Shown here: piece by piece, positions 38,965 to 51,432 of the stretch
Numbering within the stretch: the stretch's first letter is position 1
Layout: each line of letters starts with the position of its first letter
Source of the DNA: Blepharisma stoltei ATCC 30299
Taxonomy: Eukaryota; Protista; Ciliophora
Assembly: GCA_965603825.1 (NCBI GenBank)
Contig: CBFDEM010000057.1
Location: 62,001-126,000, forward strand
Reading direction: 5' to 3'
DNA length: 64,000 nt
Made by a program: the position numbers and the translations under genes
Notes under the pieces: model-generated
What the model was told of the DNA's origin: nothing
Databases searched by the model: none
The model's input: only the letters and a program-made list of their open reading frames with translations

Positions 38965-39235
38965 TTCATTATTTTAGCTTTAAGTATTCTCATTTCAAAG
39001 AAAATCTCTTATTATCTATGAGGCCGTTGAATAATTATGTTAATAGCGAGATTTAATTCTATTCATGCAGCATTATCAGTTCTAACACTAAATAGGCTAA
39101 ATGTTCCTAGCTATTAATTAAATTTTGCATATATTTCATGAAGGGAATTAGTTATTTCTATTTTTAACTCTTTATATAAACTCCATGCAGTTTGATTTCT
39201 TTTGCATTTCATAAATCATTAAAATAGTTCTTTTG
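38965..39235 (+). repeat. Non-coding direct repeat B (partner 43811-44076)
   Basis: Shared blocks ATTTTAGCTTTAAG, AAGAAAATCTCTTATTA, TTCTATTCATGCAGC, AATAGGCTAAATGTT and TAAAATAGTTCTTTTG in the same orientation. Confidence 0.88.
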
Positions 39236-39317
39236 CTTATTATTTTAAAAAATATAAATTAAATCATAGATTATATCTCTAATTTATTTGGCTCATAAAT
39301 TTATTTGAATATTTTTA

Positions 39318-40481
39318 TTAGTCTATTTCTCTATCGCTGCTCTTGAATACACTTGTTTCTTCAACATTAAAATCGTATTTCAGACTGCAAGCTTTATTTA
39401 AATCTAAAGTTAGCTTCTCTGCAACAATTTTTTGAAAATCTTCCCACAGACAATCCTCTTTGCACTCTTGAAGTTTAACGTGAACATCATTATATAAAAT
39501 TTTCACATAATTCTCATTATTTTCTTGATGAAGTTCAAATGTAATATAAGCGCCAAAATCTGGATTATTTCCATCCCATATATTCAAAAATTTTAAAAAG
39601 CCAACCAGCGTTGCATCATGAGCGAAGTAGAACCCGAATTTTTCTCGGAAATCATTGTTTATTTTCCAATTAAACTTCTCCAAAAGTTCTTTGAAAAATT
39701 TTGATGATACCAAGCTTGCACCTTCTTTATTAAAAGCATAGGAATTTGTATAATTATGAAGTCCATGGATTTTTCAATACAAATCATAATTTGTATTTTT
39801 GGGTAATTCATAGCCATGAAACAGCTCACACTGTATTGTATCTGCATATTCCCAAGACTTTTCAAGTGACACGTCAGTATCAAAAGAGTCTCTCATTTCA
39901 AGCTTTGTGCCTAAATTGTATTCAAGTACTTTTTGCTTATATTCTTCAGTTTGCCAAACCTCATAAAATATTTCTTTAAGCCTTGGGCATACTTTTGAGC
40001 TTCACCCTACAAGCATATGATCCAGCTTCTTTTTTATGGAATAAACTTTGACTTTTGTATGGGTATTTGGTAACTCAATAACATATAAATTAAATTTTTC
40101 ATCTCCTAATACATACTTAGAGGGAAAAGCAAGACTTTCAAATAATACTTCAGGATACAAGGATTCACTTGATAAAAATCCCATCATGAAAAATTGAGCG
40201 CTCATTATTGCTCTTTTTGAGTCAGATGATCTGACATAAATTTCTTTGGATATATTATTTATATCAAATTCGCAGCCTGAGCTGAGGTAACGGTCTTTTA
40301 GCTTTAGGCCAAGATTGTATTCTTGAATCATCCCTTCAAGTGTGAGCTCTCCAAGCCCACGTGGCCAGTAGCCTGTGTCTCAGCTGAAGCGATTTACAGG
40401 AGATCTTGCACCGTGTCTGAAAACGGTTACTGAAGAGAGCAACGTTGATTCTACAAATGCCAAGAGAAATAGTAAAAGCAT
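39318..40481 (-). CDS. Histidine acid phosphatase, paralog 2 (387 aa)
   Basis: Signal peptide, FRHGARSP, GELTLEG, VRSSDSKRA..SA and FAHDAT; single frame with TGA=Trp. Confidence 0.92.
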
Positions 40482-41494
40482 TACTAGATCAGTTATTATA
40501 ATTAAAATGAAAATTGAAATAAATGCTCCAGCAGACATTTATTTATTAACTTAATATTTTAATGATGATAGTCTTTAAGAGTGCATCTTATCTTTTCTGA
40601 AAACCTTGGAATGATGCTTCAATTTATGATCAGACTGAAATAGATCATAAAAAATAATAGAGCATCCAGAAAATAATTATAGAAAATAGGATTTAAGTAA
40701 TCAAGCTTAGCTAATAGTGAGTAAAAATAAAATGGCATAAGAAATGAGCTTAAACTTTAAAATTAATACGATAAATATTTTTTAAGTAAATGATAAAGAT
40801 TTTAAGAAAAATTTTCAGGCTTAAACAATAAAATTATATTCTATCTATTTGACATATTCAGAAATTGAAAATGTGATAAAAAAGAAATAAATAGATGTAT
40901 ACGCCTATCGGTTTAATTTATAATGATTTATAAATTAAGGCGTATTATTATGCTTTGAGAGATTTAGCATCATATTTATTTCAGAATTATTTAATTTTTA
41001 TTTTATAATTAAGCTATCTCTATCAGAATATGATTAAAGGGTATTTCTTATCACATATACTTCATAAATAAAGCATAAAAACTTTGAAATTAAAATTTAT
41101 CGTAAAAGTAACCTAAATTCTTTGTTAGTTTTTGACATAATTTCATGCAGCAGAACTGAATTAATTAAATGGTTCTCAATTAAAGCTAAAAATTTTTAAA
41201 TTCAAAAAATCTCGAAGTCCAACCTAAATTCCCCAGCCACGTTCTAATAAAATTCCCCATTTCAAAATACCTTTCAATTAATCTTTTAGTTTTGCTTTCA
41301 TAACCAAAATTCTTTTGCAATATTTATATTTTAATACTCAATAAATCTAGGAAAATTAGAAGTATATAAGAGCCTTGAAAATATGCTTATCATTTTAAGT
41401 TTTGTGAAATCAAAGTCATATCATGATTTCACAGCGTAAAAGCAAAATTTCGTTTTTTTATAAATATGAATCCTGCACTGGTTATTAAAATTAA

Positions 41495-43486
41495 ATGAAA
41501 ATATCAACAAATTACTGGTGGGAAGAGGAATTCCTAGAAGGAGTACAAAATTTCAAGGAAATTCTTATTTTTATTGCTGTTAGCACAAGTATTTTAACAG
41601 TATTATTATCATTATTTTATGATCGTATTAATTCATTATGAATTGGAAGTACAATAATGGCAATAATAGTAATAGGAGCTGCGTATCTGTTTTGCACAAT
41701 TGAGTTCGAAAATAAGCTGATCCTTGCTATACCAGTAGCAATACTAATAAAAATAATATGTGGAATTCTTTATTTAGCCTCAATATATACAATTTCGACT
41801 GAATTTCAAGTTTTATTTATATTCCAATCAATGACAATTTATATATATATTGAATTTAAAAGAAGAAAGAAAAGCTTTGAGAGCTATGCTTATATTAAAA
41901 AATTAGAGTTCATTAAAAAAAGGCTAGAAATTATTTTGCATGCATTTCCAGAAGGTCTTTTAGTGCTTTCAAGAGACCTTCACATTGAATATATAAACAT
42001 GCGCTTTTGCAATTTATTAAATTGTGACGAACAAGGAGCTTTAAAAATTCTGAGCAACCTTGAGTATGACTCAGACAAAAAATTTTTTAATAATTTGACA
42101 GAATCCAATTTACTTATTGATGACATAAAAGAATGCTTTAACCTTATGCCAAATCAAGAAAAAATCCTTGGGATTGCTCAGTATAGCTATATGAGTCTTG
42201 AATGGAAAATCAATAAAATAGAATGGGGAAATGATGAAGCTGTATTAATTACAGCAAGAAACGTAACACATGTAATTGAATTAGAAAAAAATTCAGCTGA
42301 AAATAGATGCAAAATTGCATTAATTAGGTCGCTTTCTCATGAATTGAGAACTCCAACTGCTAATATCATAAACTTTACAAATCAGGTCATTGATGAAATT
42401 GGCAATATTTCTGAAGAATTACAAGAAAAATTGCAATGCATTTGTGTGTCTTCAAAAATCCTTTTGTATTTAATTTGCGATCTATTGGATTTTTCACAAA
42501 TTACCCAATCAATTTTCAGTGCTAATAAGCATAGATTTAATGTTCATGGGATTTTCAATGAGCTATATGATATTTTTAGGGTTGTTGCAAAGAGAAAAAA
42601 CTTAGACTTAATTTTAAGAATTGATCCAGAACTACCAGAATTTGGGTATTCAGATTCTTTAAGAATCAAACAAATTATTGTGAATTTTTTAAACAACGCA
42701 ATAAAATATACAAGTAAAGGAACAATTGAAATCTGTGCACTTTTGAGCCAAGAAGGAAAATTAAAAGTTATGATAAAAGATTCAGGTATTGGGATCCCAG
42801 AAGAGCGGCTTTCTCAATTATTTAAAATATTTAGCTCGGTGTATTCATCTGATGTAACTTCACAAGGATGTGGCCTAGGCCTGCACATTTCAAACTTACT
42901 TTTAAATAAATTGGGAGGCTCAAGTATCTCTGTGGAATCTATATCTGGAAAAGGAACAACAATTGGTTTTGATTTAGAAATATTTGAAAATGTCCCTAGC
43001 TTTGAATCTCATGAAGAAGATCCTTTAGTTCCTGATGAAAACCCTTCTATAAAAAAGATTAAATTGAATATTTATAATAAAAAAAAAGCAGATGAATTGC
43101 CAGAAATTTTGATTGTAGATGATATAGAATTCAATCGTGCGGCATTAGCTTCTATCCTTGATGCTAATAGAATTCCTTATATTGAAGCTGAAGATGGCAA
43201 AGAAGCAGCATTAACTGTACAAAGATATAATTCAACTGAAAAACCTTTAAAATTAGTAATAATGGACTGTGGGATGCCTGTCATGGATGGATGACAGTCA
43301 ACAAAGGAAATAAAGCACTTATTTGAGGAAGGAAAAATTAAGCATATGCCTCATATTATTGGGTATTCAGCATTCACATCAGATGAGGACATTAAAATGT
43401 GCTACGCTGCTGGCATGACCAGTTATATATCAAAGCCAGCATCAAAAGAATTGATTCTAGAAATCGTGAAGCAATATGTTGAATAG
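41495..43486 (+). CDS. Membrane hybrid histidine kinase (TM helices, PAS-like, HisKA, HATPase, receiver; 663 aa)
   Basis: SHELRTP, QIIVNFLNNAIKYT, DSGIGI, GCGLGL, ILIVDD, IMDCGMPVMDGW and KP; extended at both ends through TGA. Confidence 0.93.
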
Positions 43487-43810
43487 CCAATTTAAAATGC
43501 AGCAAGAGGGATTTCTGATTGCTGCTTAGAGGTATATTAATTTAAAGTAATTTAATTTTTAATATTTTGGATGATTTTTAAGATGAATTGATAAAGCTAT
43601 TTTTGGAAATGCTTAAATAAATAATAATTTCTATTTGAATGTCTTTATGTTCATAGTAAAACTCCTAATCACTCAAGAAGTTCTTTTCTGTAGATTTAAT
43701 TGCTAAGCTTGGCTTTATTAGTTTAATGCAAGAACTTTTCATGAGGTATATATATTACGTAAAATAGATTTGCTGACTCAATTGAGAGAAAATTTTTTCC
43801 TAGTCAAATT

Positions 43811-44076
43811 TTATTTTTGATTTTAGCTTTAAGCATTCTGATTTCAAAAGAAAATCTCTTATTAGCTGTAAGGTCATTGAATAATTATATTAATAACGAG
43901 ATTAGTTCTATTCATGCAGCTTATCAGTTACTAATACTTAATAGGCTAAATGTTTCTAAGTTATTAATTAAATTTGGCATATATTTTATGATAGGAATTA
44001 GCTATTTCTATTTTTTAACTCTCTATATAAAATTCACTTATTAAACGTTTCATAAATACATAAAATAGTTCTTTTG
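43811..44076 (+). repeat. Non-coding direct repeat B' (partner 38965-39235)
   Basis: Colinear alignment to copy B. Confidence 0.88.
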
Positions 44077-44106
44077 GCAGTCATATTTATGGGGCTATCG
44101 TAAATA

Positions 44107-44585
44107 ATGGCTGACTCAAACGCAAATATATCCAAAGCAAATTCAGCTTCATCGATTTCTTTCCATAATCCTGAGCAGCTCGTTAATTATGAAGATCTAA
44201 CATTAGAAGAAAAGTTTCTTAGAAACATAAGTAGCTTGCGCAGCAATAGAGCTGAGTCTATCAGAAGAATAACTGAGCTATCAGAAAAAGAAAACTACGA
44301 AGATGCTACTCTTTGGCTAGCTGATAATTCCAGGGATAATTACGAATGAGATAAACTCGTCGAACTTTATAAAAACTATTAAAACCAATAAAAGCTTTGA
44401 AGGAGCCGTAGAGCTTGGGCTATACCATTTTTGTGATGGAAATTATCAAAAGGCTAGAAAATATGCTGAGATAGCCATCAAGAATGCAAAAGAAAGGAGA
44501 CTTGATCCAGCGAAAGCCTACACTTTAATTTGGAGGATAGAGTTAGCGGAAGAAGAATAAAACAATTGGGTTAAATTTAATTAAT
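44107..44585 (+). pseudogene. TPR-like helical protein relic, copy 2 (5' intact, frameshifted near 44375)
   Basis: TATAAAAACTATTAA versus TATAAAAAAGCTATC in copy 1 gives a premature TAA at 44380. Confidence 0.65.
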
Positions 44586-45179
44586 ACTTTTATTAGAAAC
44601 TAATTGAACTGATCATTCTGTCGTATAAAAAAGAGCATCCGAAGTCTCTTTTGCTCATTGTGGCTATACACATTATGTAGGGAAGTCTAATTTCTTTTGA
44701 CCCATTTACGAGTTCATTTGTCAATTCTAAAATTCTTCATAAATGAAAAGGACCATCGGAAGTATGAAACTGATTGCCCAGCACAGCATTAAATTCTTTT
44801 GCTCTTCCATCCCAGCTCTCTTTTAGTTTAATCCATTTAAGTATATGTTAGACTTTCCCAATTGTCACTAAAATGTCTTTCCAATTAAAGCTTGTGCCAT
44901 TGGAACGGTATTTCTATATTCCAGCATTTATATCCATCTAATGGAGCAAGATTTAATGAAATGCAGTTACTTTTTAATTTGGATTTTGTTTCGCTTTCCA
45001 TTAACGCTGATAAAAAATGAAAATTATTTAATTTGATGTTACAGCTAATTCCAAGCAGATATATTGCAGCCTAAGATTTGCTTATCAATGATGATGAGAC
45101 TAACTCATAACATTGGGAAAGAAAATGTTTCTTAGTCCTTTTATGAGTATAATTTTTATATTATTAAAATGTTTATAAT

Positions 45180-45560
45180 TAGATGCCAATTTGGCTGACT
45201 TTATTTTCTTAGCTCTTAATTTCTACGCTATTCTAATCAAGAATGCTGTCGCAAGTATGAAAAGGATATAATTCTTTACATATCCATCTATATGCTTTTT
45301 GTGTATTTCTCATATATTTTTATTATATTTGCAATGGAATTGACTTCAAGGATATTAGGAGAATACTCCGCAGTTGAAATAAATGATTATATAATTCCAA
45401 ATTTAGCAGCTGCTGGTATTATAGGTAATACATAGTTATACCAAATTTAAATACAAATTCACGCAAAGATGAAAGTTTCAATATACAGACGAATGTTTTA
45501 GGAGTAATGCCCAAATTTGGTTTTTTTAAATTTTGAATCTTTTAAATAGCATTTGAGCCT
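45180..45560 (+). pseudogene. Deleted and degenerate copy of the 36517-37578 membrane gene
   Basis: CTACGCTATTCTAATCAAGAAT, ATTATAGGTAAT, TTTCAATATACAGA, ATGCCCAAATTTGGTTTTT and ATAGCATTTGA match its 3' half, with stops and indels. Confidence 0.7.
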
Positions 45561-45765
45561 TGAAAATATGATGATAAATGCACTATCATTAATCTATTTC
45601 TGCAGAGAGTTATAATTTTATTGTGAGTTAAAATGGTGAAAAATATTATAGTAAATGAAATGTGGAATTTTCTGCAGTTTATCAACACCTTTTCTTTATT
45701 AACTAGAACATCAAATCTAATAAGATATCTAATTCCAAAACCGAATATTTTAATCCATTAATAAA

Positions 45766-46236
45766 ATGTTCAACAAAACTCCAAAGAATGAAACTAATTC
45801 GCTGTCACCTATTAAAGATTTAAAATTGCCCGAGTTAGCCAAAACTTCTGATTCCAAGCAAAGAAAGGACTATTCTATATTTAAAGAACCAATTGTACAA
45901 TTATTAAAGCAGAAACCACTTCCTCCATGGAAACGATTAGACGGAATAAAGCCAAGCGGATATGAAGGGAAAGGACCTCATTTTACAGATTTTTGGTCCA
46001 CAAGGGAAAAACTTATAGCCATGAAGATGCTAAATCCGAATTCAGTAAAGAGTAAAGTTGCTAAAGTATTTTACCAAAGCGAAAAATTGAGGAGAAAAAA
46101 ATCTTTCGATCAGAAATTTCTTAAAAGGTTACCGATGCTTGCTGAAGAAGATTTTAACCTGGAAAGGTGTACTTTTTCGCCAATTAAATCGAAGTCTACT
46201 AAAAATGTAATAAAATTAACGTCTGATTTTATTTAA
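45766..46236 (+). CDS. Hypothetical basic protein (156 aa)
   Basis: Clean ATG-TAA ORF in AT-rich flanks. Confidence 0.7.
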   Translation: MFNKTPKNETNSLSPIKDLKLPELAKTSDSKQRKDYSIFKEPIVQLLKQKPLPPWKRLDGIKPSGYEGKGPHFTDFWSTREKLIAMKMLNPNSVKSKVAKVFYQSEKLRRKKSFDQKFLKRLPMLAEEDFNLERCTFSPIKSKSTKNVIKLTSDFI

Positions 46237-46596
46237 TCTATAATTTTGCTTAGGTTCTCTAGATATTCCATAGATATTCATTGAACTTTAATGGATTTAC
46301 ACAAAGGTGAATCAAATATGGAAAATGACTTAGCACAAAGTTATAAGTGATCATAGCCTTTATGTAACAAAATATCATAGAAATGAATCAATTAAGATTT
46401 CTGAATAAAATATTATTATCTAATCCTAGCAGTTCGAAGTTTATCGAAAAATTATTTTTATATAAAAATCAGCGAATCTGTAAATAATCCAAATGCTCTT
46501 AACCGCTAATTATAAATACCCAACTTCTTAATAGTCTGTTTTTTCAACTAATTTCACATGAAAATTATATTCTTCTGATCCCATTTATTTTTGTTA

Positions 46597-49404
46597 TTAT
46601 TTATCTAAATTATTCACATCTGTTTCTGATTTAAAGTCTAAATTCAACGATTCTCCAGAGCTGCTTTGGTCATCTTTTTTAATTTCCAGCTCTCTATTAG
46701 AATTTTGTTTTTTGATCCTTCCTTTATATTTTTGTATATCTTCAGCACTTATATTTGCATATTGGCTAATCATAAACATTTGCCTTTCTAATTGAAGCCT
46801 TCTTGTTACAGCTGGAGAAGTAAGAGACGAGCCTGAAGAATCATAATGGGTAGAAGCATGAGAGCGTCTTGTACTAGGAGATGACTGGCCTTTTGTTCTT
46901 TGTTTGGTAGTTTTATTCTTTCTTTTAGTGCTGAATTCAGAATTAAGAGGAGATTCAAGAATTCTTTTTACGTTAGCACTGACTGGTCTTGAACTTAAAT
47001 AGTCACTAACTGTATGGAAAACTGCTTTTGCTTCATCAGGGACATTTAGGTCAATTTGTAGCCTTGGAATGCTGCTTTTCTGTTTTTTAGCTTTTCTGAT
47101 GTGGAATCCTTTATTTTTCATTAAAATTGCTTTGCAGCTTTCAGGCCTTGGAAGCGGCAAATCAGTTTTTGAATATTTTAGGTTTTTTGACCCTCCAAAA
47201 GACCCAGGTGCTTTTGCAACATTATAAGGGCTTGTTACATCTTCCATTCTTCTAAGCTCAACATTCGTCAAATGCGGGGAATAAAACTCATTTTCTTCAA
47301 TATGCTCCCCAAAAGTCTTATCACTTAAAGCTTCAGCTCCAAAAAGCTCCATTCATTCTTTAGGCAGTGGGTCTGTCGTCATATAATGATCCTCAGGGAT
47401 ATACGCATTTTGCTTTTTTTCTAGCAAAACCTTGATTTTTTTACTAGGAATATTTTTATCACAGCTAAGCCCAATTATAAGTGATAAATTCCCTTTTACA
47501 GATCCTTTGGCATCAAATAGCAAAACTTGCTTTTTCTGATATAATGCGCAGCCAACAGGCAAACTTATAGGCAGCCCAGTTAAGGAATTTTCTCTGGATG
47601 CAGCCATAGGTTTTTTGCCTTCTTTTATGGTGACTTCTAGTGAATTAGAATTTAAAAAATCTTTAAGTGATTTTTCTTGGGCTGTAAATAAAAAATGCAT
47701 GCGGGTGCTTCCAAGCGCGATACATGGCTCTCCATAGTTTTCTGATACTGTCAAAACTATAGGAAAAGTAGTTATATGTCCAGAAAAATTGAAGCTCAGG
47801 CTTAAGTTGGAACAGTTAATTAAGCCTTTAAAATCATATAAATTAGTAGCTAACAGCAATATTCTCCATTGGACTAACTGTTTTGGAAGAAACTGCAGCT
47901 GCACAGCCAGCCTTGAATCTTCTTCATGGCCTAGTTCTTTTTTTGGCACATTTAAGGCTTGGGCCATTTTTTCTTCAGTTTTCATAAGCTCGACTTCACT
48001 TGTGACGAGCAAATAGCAAAATTGGCAAATTCTTACGCTTTGGGAAAGCATGTCTGAGGTAGCTACTTTTAAATGGGAAGTGTCCCATGGCAAGTCTAGT
48101 CTATGAGTAACATGAACTTTATAGAGCATTAGCATCCTTACAGAAACTAAATGAGTCAATTCATAGTTTGGGTAATAAAGTCTGCATAGCTTACAGTGCA
48201 CAAAACTTATTAACCCTTTTTCTTTTTCCTCGATTTTTTTTTGCAGTTCTTCATCTTCGCTGTCTGAGCTTTCAGCAAGATGTGTTTGGGGCCATCATTC
48301 TTTTACAGGCTCCAAGCTGTTAGGAAGAGTGCTTTCGTCTATTTTAAAACCTTTGCAGCCACAAAGCCATATTGTTCCTTGTTTGTCTCGTAAATAGTCT
48401 AATATGATTTCTTGGATTCTTATATTGTAGCCTTTATTTAAATAAGCTACTATTTTTTCAGCTTCTGCTTCAAACGGTTTCAAAGCAGACCCAGCCATTT
48501 TAAAAGCTTCTAAAGTCTCAGGCTTCGACATATTCACGACACATTTTTGAATATTTCCTTCTACATCCAATCTTTTAACAAAATATGCATAATTCGCTTT
48601 ATTTGATTTCACATTGGCAAAATAGTACAATCTAGTTACTGCTGGGCGGCCTCCTGGAGACTTAATAAATCTTTGAAGCAGCGAGCTTGGGATTGTTTCA
48701 TTTCCAATCATTTTTACTTGAAACTGATTTCAGTCCAGGACGATTTTCTGCATGTCTTGTTCTGCATCTGCCCTGCCTCGCATAATGGCAGCTGCTGAGT
48801 TAAAAATGTTGGTTTCTTCTATTTCTCCTCTTAAAGATTCTACTACCTGTAAGAATTTAAAGCCGAAAAAATCAGTAGTGCATTCTACCTTTCCTGATGG
48901 TAAAGTATGCAGATAATATAACTTGTCAGTATAATAAAGACTTTCAGGGATATTTTGACTGAGGGTGTTTATGTGTACTCTTGGAGCTTTTATTAAGCTT
49001 TCGAAAAAATAAAACCCAGGTTTTATTGGAGAATTGTCATATTGTTTACGGGCTGAGGTAACTGTTAATTTTAATTTCAAATTTTTGTGCTTGTGCAATT
49101 GCATTTCTTCTTGCTGGATTTTGTTTTGGATTTCTTCTTCGTAGCTCAAATAACCACGATCTCGAGGGTCGGTAAGGGTTTTGGATTCTCTAAATTTTTG
49201 AGCGGTCTCTGGCCTTTTCCCATAAAAAAATTGGGATTTTTCTTGGATTTCTTCGGAGCCAAGCTCAACTCCTGTGGCTAAAATGATTGATTTGTTGATT
49301 TCTTCTTTGCGCTGCTGCTCTGTGTCGAACAGCTTGGGATGCTGAAGAAGAGGCTGAGTTTTTGTTGCGGTGAGAAACAGTTCGTGATCCTTTTGAAGTT
49401 TCAT
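46597..49404 (-). CDS. Uncharacterised large protein (935 aa) with CxxC pairs
   Basis: Four same-frame ORFs joined by three TGA codons. Confidence 0.85.
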
Positions 49405-50079
49405 AATTTACAATTTATTTTGGAAAATGAAAAATTTGCAATTTTTCAGAGGAAGAGCGTTTTTAAATATTGGCAGAAATTTTTATGGATTTTTGGGGGA
49501 AATAAGGAAGATTAATTAGCTTAATGTTTAAATATAAGGTATAAAAATTGGAATATAAGTAGATAAATAATAATTCGAAGCTGGGTAAATGATTTTTCTC
49601 TTCTATTGCTGTTTATTTAACGAAATATTGTAGATCATTATTATTTATGGACAGATATGGAAAAGCGGTGAAATGCAGATAAATTAGGCTATCAAATTTT
49701 TCTGGTCGAATTGATAGAAAGAGAAGAAGAGATGTAGTTGTTAAGTAGCTGCTGATAATTGATAATTTTAATTAAATATTTTGCAGCATAGCCTAAGATA
49801 AGGTTAAATATTTTCCTTCTGTATTCAAAATTCTTATTTTACAAAAAAAGATATTTCTTTGATAATTCATTTTAATCACTTTTATTAATTGTCAAAATCC
49901 ATTTGCTGTATACAGGATTGATAAAGTAAGTTGGATATTAAATTTAGCTTTTTATTTCAAACTTTCGGCCTATGAACCAGAAGTTGCTTTTTATATTTGG
50001 GTTCTTTCTACAGTTTTTCCTACTTATAACCATTTTTCGAGCCTATTGAACCTCAGCTTTTTTCTATCTATATAATAAA

Positions 50080-51186
50080 ATGATTTATATTTGCAAAGGA
50101 CTCGCAAACTGTTGCAATTGTTGCTGTAAATGCTGCAACAGCTGCATAGAAGGCTGCTGCAAGTGCCTGGACTGCAAAGCATGCAAATGCTGCACAACTG
50201 CTTTCGCCCCTTGCGTATTCCTAAACTTTTTCCTGATGTTTCTACCTTTTATTGTGTGCTGGGTCATTGCTTTTACATATTGAAGTAACGATTGTAGCAA
50301 CCCTCTCGAAATTTTTCTATTAATTCAAGGAATTTTATTTTTGGCCAATTTTTTGATCTGCATCTATCTAATGATAAAATACAAAAACAAAAATGAAAAA
50401 GAACGAACAGGAAATGACGAGATTTGGAAGAAAACTGCCCATTTAATGTGCTATGACGTTATTTTGTGCCTTTATTTTTTGGTTTTTGCCTTTGAAATCG
50501 CATGAAATATTGTAGGACATAATTGGGTTGCTGGACAAGACTGCTCTGAATCAAGCCTTCCTGCAATGACTATTGTGGCACTTATTTTGATGTGGGTGTT
50601 TATAGGGCTAGGGATTTTTATGTTTATGTGCACGATTTTGACACTTGCCTGCGAAGAAGGGAGTTGTGGGTTTGAAAAATGCTGCAGTGATTTATGCTAT
50701 ATTTGTTTTTGTTGCTGCTTGTTTACGAAACCGAGGGAGAAGCATGTTAAAAAGGCAAGGACTAGTAGAGAGGTTAGAACAGATGGGGGTAACAGTCAAC
50801 CGAAATTTATAGGAAGCGCAATAGGGCTTTTGAGGATGATTGGGATAAATGCCCATTGAAAAAATAGACAAAATAATGAGCAAGCGAATCAGGTAGGCGA
50901 ACAAAATCAGCAACAGCAAATGCAAGGAAACGCTTATAGTCCTCAACCAGTATATAGAATACCTCAGGACCAAGGAGTAGCCCCAACGAATTATATTAAT
51001 ACAGCTAATCAAGGAGTAGTTTCTGGTATAAATTACCAACCTCAATATCAAGTACCTCAGTCATATCCATACGCTGCAATGGGATTGCCCAATCAGCAGC
51101 CTAATGAAGTTTACCTTCAAGAAGAGCCAAATCCTCCAAAAGAAGGAATATTTACAAAAATCAAGAAAAAGCTGAGACTTAACTAA
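50080..51186 (+). CDS. Cys-rich four-TM membrane protein with Q/P-rich tail (368 aa)
   Basis: Three same-frame ORFs joined by TGA; Cys clusters on both sides of the TM bundle. Confidence 0.82.
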
Positions 51187-51432
51187 TGTAGCACAATTCC
51201 ATAATATATTTAAAAAATTTAAATTATTTTATTCTTTTTACTCCTAAAATGATCGCTCTTAATGTATAGAAACTTATAAGATATATCTACAATCCATTTA
51301 ATATTAAATAGATAATTATAAATAAGATAAATAAAGATTTTTATTCTTAGGAAATACCAAACTATCGATAAATATCTTAAAATCTAAGATTTTACTAAAT
51401 TTAAAATTAATATAAATGCCAATAAATTCAAT

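Larger units (their letters stand above)
44080..45560 (+). repeat. Arm A' of the inverted segmental duplication
   Basis: Reverse complement of 36510-38760 with an internal deletion in the membrane-gene part. Confidence 0.88.

Noticed and set aside
41495-43486. Bacterial (Mycoplasma-like code 4) origin or contamination suggested by the histidine kinase and TGA=Trp
   Set aside because: Neighbours are eukaryote-specific genes with spliceosomal introns, and hybrid HKs are common in ciliates.
43817-44044. 75-aa ORF inside repeat B'
   Set aside because: TTG start, and the frame is not preserved in copy B (indels).
50085-50300. Gln-rich minus-strand ORF and similar short antisense ORFs (e.g. 25783-26232, 34113-34478, 54311-54646)
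   Set aside because: Shadow frames of well-supported genes on the opposite strand.
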